In this document: piece after piece, positions 31,526-42,323 of the stretch
How the letters are laid out: the number at the start of each line of letters is the position of its first letter
How positions within the stretch are numbered: position 1 is the first letter of the stretch
Source of the DNA: an uncultured Actinomycetota bacterium
GTDB lineage: Bacteria > Actinomycetota > Actinomycetes > Mycobacteriales > SCTD01
Length of the DNA: 64,000 bases
Reading direction: 5' to 3'
NCBI GenBank assembly: GCA_963781675.1
Contig: CAWAGF010000006.1
Location: 534,192 to 598,191 of the forward strand
The notes under the pieces: model-generated
Told to the model about the DNA's origin: nothing
Database searches by the model: none
What the model saw: only the letters and a program-made list of their open reading frames with translations
Made by a program: the position numbers and the translations under genes

Positions 31526-32869
31526 TCAGCGCTTGCCCTTCTCGCGCACCTTGACGCTCACCTCGATCGGGCTGCCGGCGAAGCCGAAGTCCTCCCGCAG
31601 GCGCCGCTCGATGAACCGCCGGTAGCCGGCCTCGAGGAACCCGCTGGTGAACAGCACGAACCGCGGCGGGCGGGTGCCGGCCTGCGTCGCGAACAGGATC
31701 TTGGGCTGCTTGCCGCTGCGCACCGGCGGCGGGGTGGCCGCGACCAGCTCGGAGATCCAGGTGTTGAGCTTGCCGGTCGAGATGCGGGTCTCCCAGCCCT
31801 CGAGCGCGGTGTGCAGCGCCTTGGCGAGCTTGTCGACCGAGCGACCGGTCAGGGCGCTGACGTTCAGGGTCGGCGCCCACTGCACGCGGGCCAGCTCGCG
31901 CTCGATCTCCTTGGCCAGCTGGGGGCGGCGGTCCTCGTCGACGAGGTCCCACTTGTTGAAGGCGATGACCAGCGCGCGGCCGGCCTCGACGGCCATGCCG
32001 ATGACGCGCTGGTCCTGCTCGCTGATGGGCTCGCTCGCGTCGAGCAGCACGACGGCGACCTCGGCGGCGTCGATCGCGGACTGCGTGCGCAGCGAGGAGT
32101 AGTACTCCGCGCCGGAGGCGTGCGCCACCCGTCGGCGCAGGCCGGCGGTGTCGACGAAGCGCCAGGTCTCGCCACCGACCTCGACCAGCGAGTCGACCGG
32201 GTCGCGGGTGGTCCCGGCGACGTCGTCCACCACGACGCGCTCCTCGCCGGCGAGGCGGTTGAGCAGCGAGGACTTCCCGACGTTCGGGCGGCCGACGAGG
32301 GCGACGCGACGCGGGCCGCCCTCCTCGTCGAAGCGCTCGGCCGGCGTGTCCGGCAGCGCGTCCAGGATGACGTCGAGCAGGTCGCCGCTCCCCCGGCCGT
32401 GCAGGGCGGAGACGGTGTACGGCTCGCCGAGCCCGAGCGACCAGAGCATCGCGGCGTCGGACTCGGCCCGCTCGTCGTCGACCTTGTTGGCGACCAGCAC
32501 GACCGGCTTCTTCGCCTTGCGCAGCACCCGCACGACGGCCTCGTCCGCGTCGGTCGCGCCGACGGTGACGTCCACGACGAACAGCACGGCGTCGGCCGCG
32601 GCGACCGCCACCTCCGCCTGGGCGGCGACGGACTTCTGCAGGCCGACGGCGTCGGGGTCCCAGCCGCCGGTGTCGACCACGGTGAAGCGGCGCCCGCGCC
32701 ACTGCGCGTCGTACGTCACCCGGTCGCGCGTCACGCCCGGCACGTCCTCGACGACGGCCTCGCGCCGGCCGAGGATGCGGTTGACCAGCGTGGACTTGCC
32801 GACGTTGGGCCGGCCGACCACCGCCAGCACCGGCTGCGGGGTCAGGTCCTCGTCGTACGGCTCGGTCAT
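31526..32869 (-). CDS. der: Ribosome biogenesis GTPase Der
   Basis: Two GRPNVGKS P-loops, DTGG/DTAG, NKVD/NKWD, C-terminal KH-like domain. Confidence 0.97.
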   Translation of the reverse strand: MTEPYDEDLTPQPVLAVVGRPNVGKSTLVNRILGRREAVVEDVPGVTRDRVTYDAQWRGRRFTVVDTGGWDPDAVGLQKSVAAQAEVAVAAADAVLFVVDVTVGATDADEAVVRVLRKAKKPVVLVANKVDDERAESDAAMLWSLGLGEPYTVSALHGRGSGDLLDVILDALPDTPAERFDEEGGPRRVALVGRPNVGKSSLLNRLAGEERVVVDDVAGTTRDPVDSLVEVGGETWRFVDTAGLRRRVAHASGAEYYSSLRTQSAIDAAEVAVVLLDASEPISEQDQRVIGMAVEAGRALVIAFNKWDLVDEDRRPQLAKEIERELARVQWAPTLNVSALTGRSVDKLAKALHTALEGWETRISTGKLNTWISELVAATPPPVRSGKQPKILFATQAGTRPPRFVLFTSGFLEAGYRRFIERRLREDFGFAGSPIEVSVKVREKGKR

Positions 32870-33535
32870 CGGTGCTCCTCGGTGCTGCGCTGCAGGTGGG
32901 CGAGCAGCGCCAGGCGCAGCTGCTCGGCCGCGTCGCGGACGGTACGGCGGGCGCGCGGGTCGCCGGTCGGGTCCACGGTCACGGGCTGGCCGAAGGCGAT
33001 GCGCACGGGCGCCCGCAGCTTCGGGACGGTCGAGCCCTTGGGCAGGGCGGCGCCGGTGCCGGTCACCGCGATCGGCACGACCGGCGCCCCGCTGCGCAGC
33101 GCGAGGTAGGCCAGGCCGTCGGTGATGCTGTCGAAGCCGCCGCTCCCCCGCGTGCCCTCGGGGAAGACGCCGAGCGCGCCGCCGGCGGCCAGGTGCGCGA
33201 GGCCCGGACTGCAGCGCAGCGCGGTCGGCCTGGCCGCGATGCACCGGGATCAGCCCGAGCCAGCCGCAGGCGCGCGCCCACGGGCCGACGAACACCTCGG
33301 ACTTGGTCAGCAGGCTGGCCGGCCGCGGGCTGACGAAGAAGACCAGCGGGCCGTCGAGGATGCCGCTGTGGTTGCCGGCCAGCAGGACCGGCCCCTCGGC
33401 AGGGACGTTCTCCCGGCCGGTGACCGACAGGCTGAGCACGCCGTGGGCGAGCCCGGTCCCGACGGCGCGCACGGCGGCGCGCACCGGCGGCTTCAGCGTC
33501 CCCGTGGCGCGACGGCGCACGGCGACCTCGCTCAT
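32866..33535 (-). CDS. Lysophospholipid acyltransferase (PlsC-like); frameshift near 33205
   Basis: NHSGILD and FPEGTRG motifs lie in different frames. Confidence 0.88.
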
Positions 33536-33544
33536 GGGGCGGGC

Positions 33545-34216
33545 TCATCCGGTCAGACCGGCGGAGCGCGCCAGCTCCAGCACCCGCTGCACCACGGCGT
33601 CGGCGTCGAGGCTGCTGCTGTCCAGCTGCACGGCGTCCTCGGCCGGCTGCAGCGGGCTGGCCGCGCGCGAGCTGTCGAGGCGGTCGCGGCGGGCGAGGTC
33701 CTGCGCGACGTCGCCCCCCGCGGCGACGCCGGTGTGGGCGTCCCCCGCGCGGCGGCTGGCGCGCACCTCGGGCGAGGCGTCCAGGAACACCTTGACGGCT
33801 GCCTCGGGGAAGACGGCGGTGCCGATGTCGCGCCCCTCCAGCACCGCGCCGGCGTTCCCGGCCAGTGCGCGCTGCAGGGCGACCATGCGCACGCGCACGT
33901 CCGGCACGGCGCTCACCGCGCTGACCGCCTGGGTGACCTCGGGACCGCGGATGACGGCGCTGACGTCCTCGCCGTCCAGCGTGGTGCCGGCGGCGTCCGG
34001 GTCGGTCGACACGACGATGTCGGCGCGCGCCACGGTCGCCGCGACCGCCGCCTGGTCCCCGAGGTCGGTGCCGGCGCGCAGCACCGCGAGCGTGGCGGCG
34101 CGGTAGGTCGCGCCGGTGTCGAGGTAGCGCCACCGCAGGTGCCGTGCGAGCGCGCGCGCGACGGTGCTCTTGCCGGAGCCCGAGGGACCGTCGAGGGCGA
34201 TGACAGGTACGGGCAC
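33545..34216 (-). CDS. cmk: Cytidylate kinase
   Basis: DGPSGSGKST, LDTGATYR, EGRDIGT, RRDRLDSSR; leaderless TAGGCT-N7-GTG. Confidence 0.96.
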   Translation of the reverse strand: MPVPVIALDGPSGSGKSTVARALARHLRWRYLDTGATYRAATLAVLRAGTDLGDQAAVAATVARADIVVSTDPDAAGTTLDGEDVSAVIRGPEVTQAVSAVSAVPDVRVRMVALQRALAGNAGAVLEGRDIGTAVFPEAAVKVFLDASPEVRASRRAGDAHTGVAAGGDVAQDLARRDRLDSSRAASPLQPAEDAVQLDSSSLDADAVVQRVLELARSAGLTG

Positions 34217-34248
34217 GACGATCAGCCTAGTTGCGCCGCCCCCACCCC

Positions 34249-34321
34249 GTGATCCACAGAAGGATCGATCCCCTCAGCGGCGTGAACGGCGTCCTACGAC
34301 ATCGATGCTTCTGTGGATCAC
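34249..34321. repeat. 73-bp palindromic REP/MITE-like element, copy 3 (inverted)
   Basis: Reverse complement aligns without gaps to copy 1. Confidence 0.9.
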
Positions 34322-34336
34322 CGACGCCGGGAGGGC

Positions 34337-35372
34337 TCAGGGCCGGACGTCCCAGCCGGCCGCGGCGAGCGCCTGCCGTGCCTGCTCCTGCGCGTCGAGG
34401 TGCACCAGCAGCTCGATGACGCCGGTCGGGCGGCCGGGCAGGTGCTCGACCCGCACGTCCTCCACGTTGATGCCGGCCTGCGCCGCGCTGACCAGCACGC
34501 CGGCCAGCTGCCCCGGCTCGTCGGGCACCGAGACCGAGACCGGCACGAAGTCGCGGTCCAGCTCGCCGCGCTTGCGCGGGACGAGACGGCGGCCCTCGTT
34601 GCCCCTGCGCAGCAGCGCCTGCACGGCCTCCAGGTCGCCGCCGTCCAGGGCGTCCGCGGCGGAGCCGAGCTCCTCCGCGAGGCGGCGCACCAGGGGCGCG
34701 ACGGCGGAGGCGTTCTCGCGCAGCACCTCGACCCAGAGGCCGGGGTCGCTGGCCGCGATGCGGGTCGTGTCCTGCAGGCCGGGACCGGCCAGCGCCAGCG
34801 AGCCGCCCGCACCGGCGAGCACGGCCGCGAGGGCCGAGGCCGCGACCTGCGGCAGGTGGCTGACGAGCGCGACGGCCGCGTCGTGCTCCTGCGCGGCCAG
34901 CACGACCGGCTCGGCGCCGCAGCGCGCGGCGACCTGCCGCACCGCCTCCAGCGCGGCCGACGAGGTGGCCTGCGACGGGCAGAGCACCCACGGCCGTCCG
35001 GCGAACAGCTCGGCCGACGCCGCCGCCGGACCGGACTGCTCCTTGCCGGCCATCGGGTGGCTGCCGCAGCACGGCGCTCACGTCGACCCCGGCCTCCACC
35101 AGCGAGGCCTGCACCGCCCGCTGCACCGACGACACGTGGCTGAAGGTCCCGCCCTGGAGCGAGGCGATGACGCCCGCGACGGCCGACGGCGGCGCGGCGA
35201 CGAGGCAGTGCGCGAACGGCTCCTGACCGTCCCACCGGCGGCCGGCTCCGCGGTCGACGGCGACGTCCAGCGAGGCACCGTCCGGGTCGTGGAGGGCGAC
35301 GTCGAGCTGCCCGCGCAGGGCCAGCCCGATCGACGTGCCGATCAGGCCGGTGCCGACCACGAGCAGGTCCAC
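34337..35372 (-). CDS. tyrA: Prephenate dehydrogenase with ACT domain; frameshift near 35070
   Basis: GTGLIGTS, HPMAGKE, HDAAVALVSHLPQ, DTTRIA, PDEPGQL. Confidence 0.92.
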
Positions 35373-35373
35373 C

Positions 35374-35739
35374 TCAGCTGGGCAGGTCGCGCCGCAGGGC
35401 TGCGGCCCCGCGCAGGTAGGCGTGCGTGATGCCGGCGCGCGGCAGGTCGGTCTCCACGTGCGCGAGCAGCCGGACGACGCGCGGCATGGCCCCGGGCACG
35501 GCGATCTCGGTGGCGCACATGAGCGGCACGTCCACGAATCCGAGCTGCCGTGCGGCGTACGCCGGGAACTCCGACGTGAGGTCCGGCGTCGCCGTGAAGA
35601 CGACGCTGATGATGTCCTCCTGGGTCAGCCCGTTGCGCTCGAGCACCGCCGTGATGAGCTCGGTCGTCGCGTCGAGCACCTGCTGCCGGTCGTCCTGGTC
35701 GACCTGGATGGCGCCGCGCACGGCGCGTACCGCCATCAC
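35374..35739 (-). CDS. aroH: Chorismate mutase AroH
   Basis: VRAVRGA, FTATPDL..FPA..AR, YLRGAAALRRDL. Confidence 0.95.
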   Translation of the reverse strand: MMAVRAVRGAIQVDQDDRQQVLDATTELITAVLERNGLTQEDIISVVFTATPDLTSEFPAYAARQLGFVDVPLMCATEIAVPGAMPRVVRLLAHVETDLPRAGITHAYLRGAAALRRDLPS

Positions 35740-36470
35740 ATGCCCACGAGCGTGAACAGGCCGGCCAGCTCGTCCCGCGTCAGCGCGCGGATCTTGCCCG
35801 GCTTCTGCGGGCCGAGCTGCACGCCACCCACGGCCGTGCGCAGCAGGCGCTGCACCGGGTGGCCGACCTCGGCGAGCGCGCGCCGGACGATGTGCTTTCG
35901 GCCCTCGTGCAGGACCACCTCGAGCAGCAGCTTGTTCGAAGTCGAGTCGACGATCTTGAAGGCGTCGAAGCGGACCATGCCGTCGTCGAGCTCCACGCCC
36001 TCCTTGAGCCGCTTGCCGATCCCCTTCTCCATCGGGCCGAGCACCTCGGCCAGGTAGGTCTTCGGCACCTCGTAGGACGGGTGCGACAGGCGGTGCGCCA
36101 GCTCGCCGTCGTTGGTGAGCAGCAGCAGCCCCTCGGTGTCGGCGTCCAGCCGCCCGACGTGGAACAGCCGCTCGACGCGGTCGCGCACGAGGTCGCCGAC
36201 GGTGGGGCGGCCCTCCGGGTCGGTCATCGCCGTGACGTAGCCGCGCGGCTTGTTCATCGCCAGGTAGACGTTGCCGGCGGCGGTGTTGATGCGCATCGTG
36301 TCGACCCGGATCACGTCGACCTCCGGGTCGACGCGGCGGCCCTGCTCCAGCACCACCTCGTCGTTCACGGAGACGCGGCCGGCCTCGATCATCGCCTCGC
36401 AGGCGCGCCGCGAGCCGATGCCGGCAGCAGCCATCACCTTCTGCAGACGGATGCCGTCGCTGTCGTTCAC
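35736..36470 (-). CDS. rluB: 23S rRNA pseudouridine synthase (RluB-like)
   Basis: S4 domain RLQKVMA..SRR; VGRLD catalytic motif; HEGRKH. Confidence 0.92.
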   Translation of the reverse strand: MNDSDGIRLQKVMAAAGIGSRRACEAMIEAGRVSVNDEVVLEQGRRVDPEVDVIRVDTMRINTAAGNVYLAMNKPRGYVTAMTDPEGRPTVGDLVRDRVERLFHVGRLDADTEGLLLLTNDGELAHRLSHPSYEVPKTYLAEVLGPMEKGIGKRLKEGVELDDGMVRFDAFKIVDSTSNKLLLEVVLHEGRKHIVRRALAEVGHPVQRLLRTAVGGVQLGPQKPGKIRALTRDELAGLFTLVGM

Positions 36471-37018
36471 TGGAATCCTTGGGTAGAGGCGTCGTCGAGC
36501 TCGGAGAGCTCGGGCAGGAGCGGTGCGAGGGCCGGCAGCTCGTCGAGGCTCTGCAGGCCCAGCCGCTCGAGGAACAGCGGGGTGGTGCGGTAGAGGGTGC
36601 CGGCGCTGTCCGGGTCCTGCCCGGCCTCGGCGATCAGCCCTCGTGCAAGAAGGGTACGGACGACGCCGTCCACGTTCACGCCACGGACGGCGCTGACCCG
36701 CGCACGGGTGACCGGCTGCCGGTAGGCGATGACCGACAGCGTCTCGAGCGCCGCCTGCGTCAGCCGTGCCTGCTGCCCGTCGACGACGAAGCGCTCGACG
36801 TACGGCGCGCAGTCCGGGTGCGTGTAGAGCCGCCAGCCGCCGGCGACCAGGCGCAGCTCGAAGCCCCGCCCGGCCGACGCGTAGTCCTGCACCAGCTCCT
36901 GCAGCACCTGCTCGACCTCTGCGGTCGGCCGCTCCGCCACCTGCGCCAGCGTCGTCGCCGGCACCGGCTCGTCGGTCACGAGCAGGACCGCCTCCAGCAC
37001 CGCTCTCAGCTCAGGCAT
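36467..37018 (-). CDS. scpB: SMC segregation/condensation protein B
   Basis: LTQAALETL..IAYRQPVTR, RGVN, YRTT..FLERLGL. Confidence 0.96.
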   Translation of the reverse strand: MPELRAVLEAVLLVTDEPVPATTLAQVAERPTAEVEQVLQELVQDYASAGRGFELRLVAGGWRLYTHPDCAPYVERFVVDGQQARLTQAALETLSVIAYRQPVTRARVSAVRGVNVDGVVRTLLARGLIAEAGQDPDSAGTLYRTTPLFLERLGLQSLDELPALAPLLPELSELDDASTQGFQ

Positions 37019-37775
37019 CGGCCTCTCCCGTCCAGCGCACGTGCAGGTCCCCCAGCGCCTCGACCTGCTCGAAGGCCACCACGCCCTCGCGGTAGAGCTC
37101 GAGCAGCCCGAGGAAGCGCGCGACCACCTCGAGCGTCCCGTTGCAGTCCGCGGTGAGGCTGCGGAACGACCCGCTGCCGGTACGGCGCAGCCGCTCGCGC
37201 AGCAGCGCGGTCTGCTCGCGGACGCTCACGGTGCCGCCGTGCGCGTGGTCGACCGCGACCTCGAGCTCGGGCTTCGGGGCCAGCGCCCGAGCGGCCATCA
37301 GCGCGAGCTGGTCCGGCCCCAGACCGAGCAGCACCTCGGGGAGCAGCCCGGCGAACTGCGGCTCCATCGAGACCGAGCGCGGGTAGCGCTGGGCCTCCCC
37401 CGCCATCAGCACGGCCAGCTGCGCGGCGGCCTGCTTGTAGGCGCGGTACTGGAGCAGCCGCGCGAACAGCAGGTCGCGGGCCTCGAGCAGCGCGAGGTCC
37501 TCCTCGTCCTCGACCGCGGCGGACGGCAGCAGCCGCGCCGCCTTGAGGTCGAGCAGAGTGGCCGCGACGACGAGGAACTCCGTCGCCTGGCCGAGGTCCC
37601 AGGTGCTGCCGAGCGCGCGGATGTGCGCGATGAAGTCGTCGGTCACCTTGCTCAGCGCGAGCGAGGTGACGTCGAGCTGGTGCTTGGCGATGAGGCCGAG
37701 CAGCAGGTCGAACGGCCCCTCGTACTCGTCGAGGTGGACCGAGAAGACGTGCTCCGCGGTCAACGCGCTAGCCAC
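37011..37775 (-). CDS. scpA: SMC segregation/condensation protein A (kleisin)
   Basis: EGPFDLLL, EFLVVAATLLDLKA, RFLGLLEL. Confidence 0.96.
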   Translation of the reverse strand: MASALTAEHVFSVHLDEYEGPFDLLLGLIAKHQLDVTSLALSKVTDDFIAHIRALGSTWDLGQATEFLVVAATLLDLKAARLLPSAAVEDEEDLALLEARDLLFARLLQYRAYKQAAAQLAVLMAGEAQRYPRSVSMEPQFAGLLPEVLLGLGPDQLALMAARALAPKPELEVAVDHAHGGTVSVREQTALLRERLRRTGSGSFRSLTADCNGTLEVVARFLGLLELYREGVVAFEQVEALGDLHVRWTGEADA

Positions 37776-38440
37776 CCGTGACGAGGCGGACCAGCGGTCC
37801 CGCGAGCGTGTCGAGGATCGTCGGGAGCAGCGCCTGCGGGCCGCCGAGCGGGATGAGCAGCAGGGCGAGCAGGACGGCGACGCCGATGTTGCGCTCGTCG
37901 AGCTGGTACTCCGCCTTCTGCCAGCCGGGCGTGCGCGGCGCGAGGCCGAACAGCAGCCGCCCGCCGTCCAGCGGCGGGATCGGCACCAGGCTGAGCAGGC
38001 CGGTCATGAGGTTCGCCAGCCCGAACAGCAGCAGCGCGCGGGTGCCGATGTCGCCGCCGAGCCCGGACTGCAGGATCAGGCTCGGGCCGACCGACGCCGC
38101 CAGCGCCGACACCGCGCCGAGCGCCACGAGCGGCGACGAGCCCGACGACCAGGTTGGCGAGCGCGCCGCTGAGCAGGACCTGGACCAGCGCGCCGCGGCG
38201 GCGGCGGTCCGGGGGCTCCACCGGACGGGCCCAGCCGATGCCGGCGATCGCCGCGGCCACCGCGCCGAACGGGTCGAGGTGCCGGCGCGGGTCCGGCGAC
38301 GTGCGGCGCTCCGCGACCACGGCTCGGTCGCCGTGCCGGCGCGCGACGAGCGACTGCACCCAGCCGTGCAACGTCACCGCGAACACGAACGAGGCCAGCA
38401 GGAGGACGAGCGACACGGGGTCGCCGAGGGCGTAGAGCAC
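37768..38440 (-). CDS. Site-2 protease (M50) homolog with degenerate active site; frameshift near 38130
   Basis: P..HLDPFG, GWARPV, G..AN and LVPIPPLDGG motifs; the HExxH position reads HGWVQ. Confidence 0.8.
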
Positions 38441-38461
38441 GTCAGAGCGTCCCCGGGCACG

Positions 38462-39781
38462 TCATCGCGCGAGCAGCTCCTTGGCCAGCTCGCGGTAGGC
38501 GGTCGCGCCCGCGGAGGAGGTCGCGTACGTCGTGATCGGCTCCCCGGCGACGGTCGTCTCCGGGAAGCGGACGGTGCGGTTGATGACGGTGTGGAAGACC
38601 CGGTCGCCGAAGGCCTCGACGATGCGCGCCAGCACCTCGCGGCCGTGCAGCGTGCGGGCGTCGTACATCGTCGCGAGGATGCCCTCGAGCTCGAGCGTCG
38701 GGTTGAGCCGCTCGCGGATCTTCTCGATCGTCTGGATGAGCAGCGCGACGCCGCGCAGCGCGAAGAACTCCGCCTCGGTCGGGATGATGACGCCGTGCGC
38801 GGCGGTCAGCGCGTTCACCGTCAGCAGGCCGAGGCTCGGCTGGCAGTCGACGAGGATCACGTCGTAGTCCGGCGCGATCGGGGCGAGCGCCCGGGCCAGC
38901 GTCTGCTCGCGGGCCACCTCGTTGACGAGCTGCACCTCGGCGGCCGACAGGTCGATGTTGCTCGGCAGCAGGTCCAGGTTCGGGACGTCGGTGCGCAGCA
39001 GGACGTCCTCGGCGGTGACGCCCGGCTCCATGAGCAGGTTGTGCACCGTCTGCTCGAGCGCCAGCGGGTTGACGCCGAGGCCGACCGACAGCGCGCCCTG
39101 CGGGTCGAAGTCGACGAGCAGCACCTTGCGGCCGAGCTCGGCCAGGGACGCGCCCAGGTTGATGGTCGTCGTCGTCTTGCCGACGCCGCCCTTCTGGTTG
39201 CACATCGCGAGGATGCGGGCCGGGCCGTGCTTCTTGAGCGGCTTGGGGTCCGGGAAGACCGGCTTCTTGCGGCCGGTCGGGCCGACGCCGGCCGCGCGGG
39301 CGCGCGCCTCGCTGCTCGGGATGGTGCCCTCGCCGCTCGGCTGCGCGGTGGCGACGGTCCTGGCGGCCTCGGCGGCGCCCGCCAGGTCGCGGCCGGCGGC
39401 CTTCGTGCGGGTGGGTGCGGGGGCGGAGCGGGCCCCGGCCTTCGCCGGGGCGGCCTTCGGCTTCACCTGGGCGGCCTTCACCGGCTGGGTCTTCGCGGGC
39501 GAGGACGTCGCGGCCCCGGCGGGCGCTGCTTTGGCGGGGGCGGCCTTGGCGGGGGCGGCCTTCGGGCGCGCGGCGGCGGTCCGCTTCGGCGTCGCGGACG
39601 CCGTGGCGGGAGCGGCCTTCGCCGGACCCTTCGCACCCTTGGCGGGCACCTTGGCCGCCTTGCCGGGAGCGGCGGCAGCGGCCGCCGGCGCGCGACCGGG
39701 CGCCGGCACCGTGCGTCCCGGGGCTGTCGCCCGGCCGGCCGCTGCCGGGCGCGCCTTGCCGCCGGATGTCGCCTTGGGCAT
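38462..39781 (-). CDS. ParA/Soj family ATPase with a long Ala/Lys/Pro-rich N-terminal extension
   Basis: NQKGGVGKTTT, DFDPQG, DCQPSLG; GGAG RBS before ATG 39781. Confidence 0.92.
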   Translation of the reverse strand: MPKATSGGKARPAAAGRATAPGRTVPAPGRAPAAAAAAPGKAAKVPAKGAKGPAKAAPATASATPKRTAAARPKAAPAKAAPAKAAPAGAATSSPAKTQPVKAAQVKPKAAPAKAGARSAPAPTRTKAAGRDLAGAAEAARTVATAQPSGEGTIPSSEARARAAGVGPTGRKKPVFPDPKPLKKHGPARILAMCNQKGGVGKTTTTINLGASLAELGRKVLLVDFDPQGALSVGLGVNPLALEQTVHNLLMEPGVTAEDVLLRTDVPNLDLLPSNIDLSAAEVQLVNEVAREQTLARALAPIAPDYDVILVDCQPSLGLLTVNALTAAHGVIIPTEAEFFALRGVALLIQTIEKIRERLNPTLELEGILATMYDARTLHGREVLARIVEAFGDRVFHTVINRTVRFPETTVAGEPITTYATSSAGATAYRELAKELLAR

Positions 39782-39919
39782 GGGTCTCCAGATCGCGTCG
39801 CCGAAGCAGGGGCGCGACGACTCACGTGCGGCGAGCGTCGCCGGGACTCTACGGGCCGCCACAGCTGCGGATCAACGACCGCCCCGCCGCCAGACCGTCG
39901 CGTCCCGCCCCCGGGCTGC

Positions 39920-40160
39920 AGGATCAGGGAGCGTGACGGCCTGCTCGGAGCGACCGACCTGGTACTGATCCTCGAGCGGGCCGCGGCTCCCGCAAGCCCC
40001 AGCATCCCGCGCCGGGATCAGTACGAGGCGGGCCGACCGCGACAGCCCCTGACTCGTACTGATCCTCGAACGCGTCGCGGCCCCGGCAGCCCCCAGGAAC
40101 CGGCGCCAGGATCAGTACGAGGCGCGCCGACCGCGGCAGCCCCTGACTCGTCCTGGTCCA
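39920..40160. repeat. Tandem array of three 53-bp palindromes with a 94-bp period (BIME/REPIN-like)
   Basis: Units start at 39920, 40014 and 40108; arms (A/G)GGATCAGTACGAG...CTCGTACTGATCCT. Confidence 0.88.
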
Positions 40161-40187
40161 CGCGCGAGGTCGACCGGCCGCACGACC

Positions 40188-41123
40188 TCAGCAACGGGCG
40201 CGCGGGTGCGCCGTCGCGTACACCTCACGCAGCCGGTCGACGGTCACGAGCGTGTAGACCTGCGTCGTCGTCACCGACGCGTGGCCGAGCAGCTCCTGCA
40301 CGACGCGCACGTCGGCGCCCCCGTCGAGCAGGTGCGTGGCGAAGCAGTGCCGCAGCGTGTGCGGCGAGACGTCTGCAGTGATCCCGGCCCGCACCGCCGC
40401 TGCCCGGAGCACCGTCCAGGCGCTCTGCCGGGACAGCCGGCCGCCGCGGGCGTTGAGGAACAGCGCGGGCGTGCCCCTGCCGCCCGCGGCCAGGGACGGC
40501 CGGGCCCGGACGAGGTAGGCCTCGACGGCGCGGCCGGCGTAGGAGCCGACCGGCACGACGCGCTGCTTGCCGCCCTTGCCGTCGAGCCGGACGAGCCCGG
40601 CGGACCGGTCGAGGTCGTCGACGTCCAGCCCGATGGCCTCGCTGATGCGGGCGCCGGTGCCGTACAGCAGCTCGAGCAGCGCCCGGTCGCGCAGGCCGAG
40701 CGGCGTCTCGGCGTCCGGCGCGGCGAGCAGGGCCTCGACCTGGGCGACGCTGATCGCCTTGGGCAGCCGGCGCGCAGGCACCGGCGGGCGCACCTCGCGG
40801 GCCGCGTCGACGGTCGTCCAGCCCTCGCGCAGGGCGAACCGGTGCAGGCCCCGTACCGCCACCACCGCCCGGCCGGCGGACGAGGCCGACAGCGCCGGGT
40901 GCTGCTCGTCCCCCGCCCGCAGCGCGGCCAGGAAGGCGCCGACGTCGGCCTCCGTCACGTCCGACAGCCGAGGGCGGCCGGCCGCGGCGAGGAACTCCAG
41001 CCAGCGCGTGAGGTCGCGCCGGTAGGAGGACAGCGTGTTCGCGGCCAGCCCGCGCTCGACTGCCAGGTGGTCGAGGTAGACCTCGACGGCCCGCGCGGCG
41101 AGCGGCTCCGCCGGAGCGAGCAC
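40188..41123 (-). CDS. xerD: Site-specific tyrosine recombinase XerD
   Basis: [48 protein letters not shown]; conserved ald-xerD-parA synteny. Confidence 0.96.
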   Translation of the reverse strand: MLAPAEPLAARAVEVYLDHLAVERGLAANTLSSYRRDLTRWLEFLAAAGRPRLSDVTEADVGAFLAALRAGDEQHPALSASSAGRAVVAVRGLHRFALREGWTTVDAAREVRPPVPARRLPKAISVAQVEALLAAPDAETPLGLRDRALLELLYGTGARISEAIGLDVDDLDRSAGLVRLDGKGGKQRVVPVGSYAGRAVEAYLVRARPSLAAGGRGTPALFLNARGGRLSRQSAWTVLRAAAVRAGITADVSPHTLRHCFATHLLDGGADVRVVQELLGHASVTTTQVYTLVTVDRLREVYATAHPRARC

Positions 41124-41125
41124 GC

Positions 41126-42241
41126 TCAGACGAGGACCTCGTCCAGCGCCACCGACGGCAGGCCGTGCGCCTCGCCGACGGGGGCGTAGACGAGCTGGCC
41201 GTCGACGGTGTTCACGCCCAGCGCCAGCGCGGGGTCGGCGTCCACCGCGGCCTTGATGCCCTTGTTCGCGAGCTCGACGGCGTACGGCAGCGTGACGTTC
41301 GTGAGCGCGTAGGTCGAGGTGTTCGGGACGGCGCCCGGCATGTTGGCGACGCAGTAGAACAGCGAGCCGTTGACCTCGAAGACCGGGTCGGCGTGCGTGG
41401 TCGGGCGGGTCGACTCGAAGCAGCCGCCCTGGTCGACGGAGATGTCGACGAGCACCGAGCCCGGCTTCATCGCGGCCACCAGGTCGTCGCTGATCAGGAT
41501 CGGCGCCTTGGCACCCGGCACGAGCACCGCGCCGATGACCAGGTCGGCGTCGAGCACCGCCCGCTCCACCTCGAAGGTGTTGGACGTGACGGTCTGCATG
41601 TGGCCCTGGTAGATCCGGTCCACCTCGCGCAGCCGGCCGACGTTCTTGTCGAGCAGCAGCACCTCGGCCTGCATGCCCAGGGCGATGGCCGCGGCGTTGA
41701 GGCCGGAGACGCCGCCGCCGAGCACGACGACCTTGCCGGCGTAGACGCCGGACACGCCGCCGAGCAGGACCCCGCGCCCGCCCTGCGCCCGTTCGAGGAA
41801 GTGCGCCCCGGCCTGCGGGGCCATCCGCCCGGCGACCTCCGACATGGGCGCGAGCAGCGGCAGCGAGCGGTCCGGCAGCTGCACCGTCTCGTACGCCACC
41901 GCCGTCGTCCCGGCCTTCAGCAGCGCGTCGGTGCACTCGCGCGAGGCGGCCAGGTGGAGGTAGGTGAACAGCACCTGGTCGCGCCGCATGCGGTGGTACT
42001 CCTCCGCGATGGGCTCCTTGACCTTGAGCACCAGGTCGGCCTCGGCCCAGACGTCGTCGGCCGAGCCGATGATCTGGGCGCCTGCGGCGACGTACTCCTC
42101 GTCGGTGATGGACGAGCCGACGCCGGCGTCCTTCTCGACCTGCACCGTGTGGCCGAAGCCCACCAGCTCCCGGACACCGGCAGGCGTGATGGCCACGCGG
42201 TACTCGTGGTTCTTGACCTCGCGCGGGATGCCGACCTTCAC
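41126..42241 (-). CDS. ald: Alanine dehydrogenase
   Basis: [51 protein letters not shown]. Confidence 0.97.
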   Translation of the reverse strand: MKVGIPREVKNHEYRVAITPAGVRELVGFGHTVQVEKDAGVGSSITDEEYVAAGAQIIGSADDVWAEADLVLKVKEPIAEEYHRMRRDQVLFTYLHLAASRECTDALLKAGTTAVAYETVQLPDRSLPLLAPMSEVAGRMAPQAGAHFLERAQGGRGVLLGGVSGVYAGKVVVLGGGVSGLNAAAIALGMQAEVLLLDKNVGRLREVDRIYQGHMQTVTSNTFEVERAVLDADLVIGAVLVPGAKAPILISDDLVAAMKPGSVLVDISVDQGGCFESTRPTTHADPVFEVNGSLFYCVANMPGAVPNTSTYALTNVTLPYAVELANKGIKAAVDADPALALGVNTVDGQLVYAPVGEAHGLPSVALDEVLV

Positions 42242-42323
42242 CGGAGAACCTCCTGACGGCCGGACCGGTCCGGTCCGACGCTGCTGCCGGCCTCGTTGCG
42301 CGGCGCGCCGAGTGTAGGACCGG

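Noticed and set aside
31526..33535. Apparent acyltransferase-Der fusion (669 aa)
   Set aside because: Created by the frameshift near 33205; the plsC C-terminus and stop (32866) and the der ATG (32869) are both present
39920..40160. 94-bp array as a CRISPR array or integron attC cassette array next to a tyrosine recombinase
   Set aside because: Linkers resemble each other rather than being unique spacers, there are no cas genes and no GTTRRRY cores, and the recombinase is housekeeping XerD in its normal synteny
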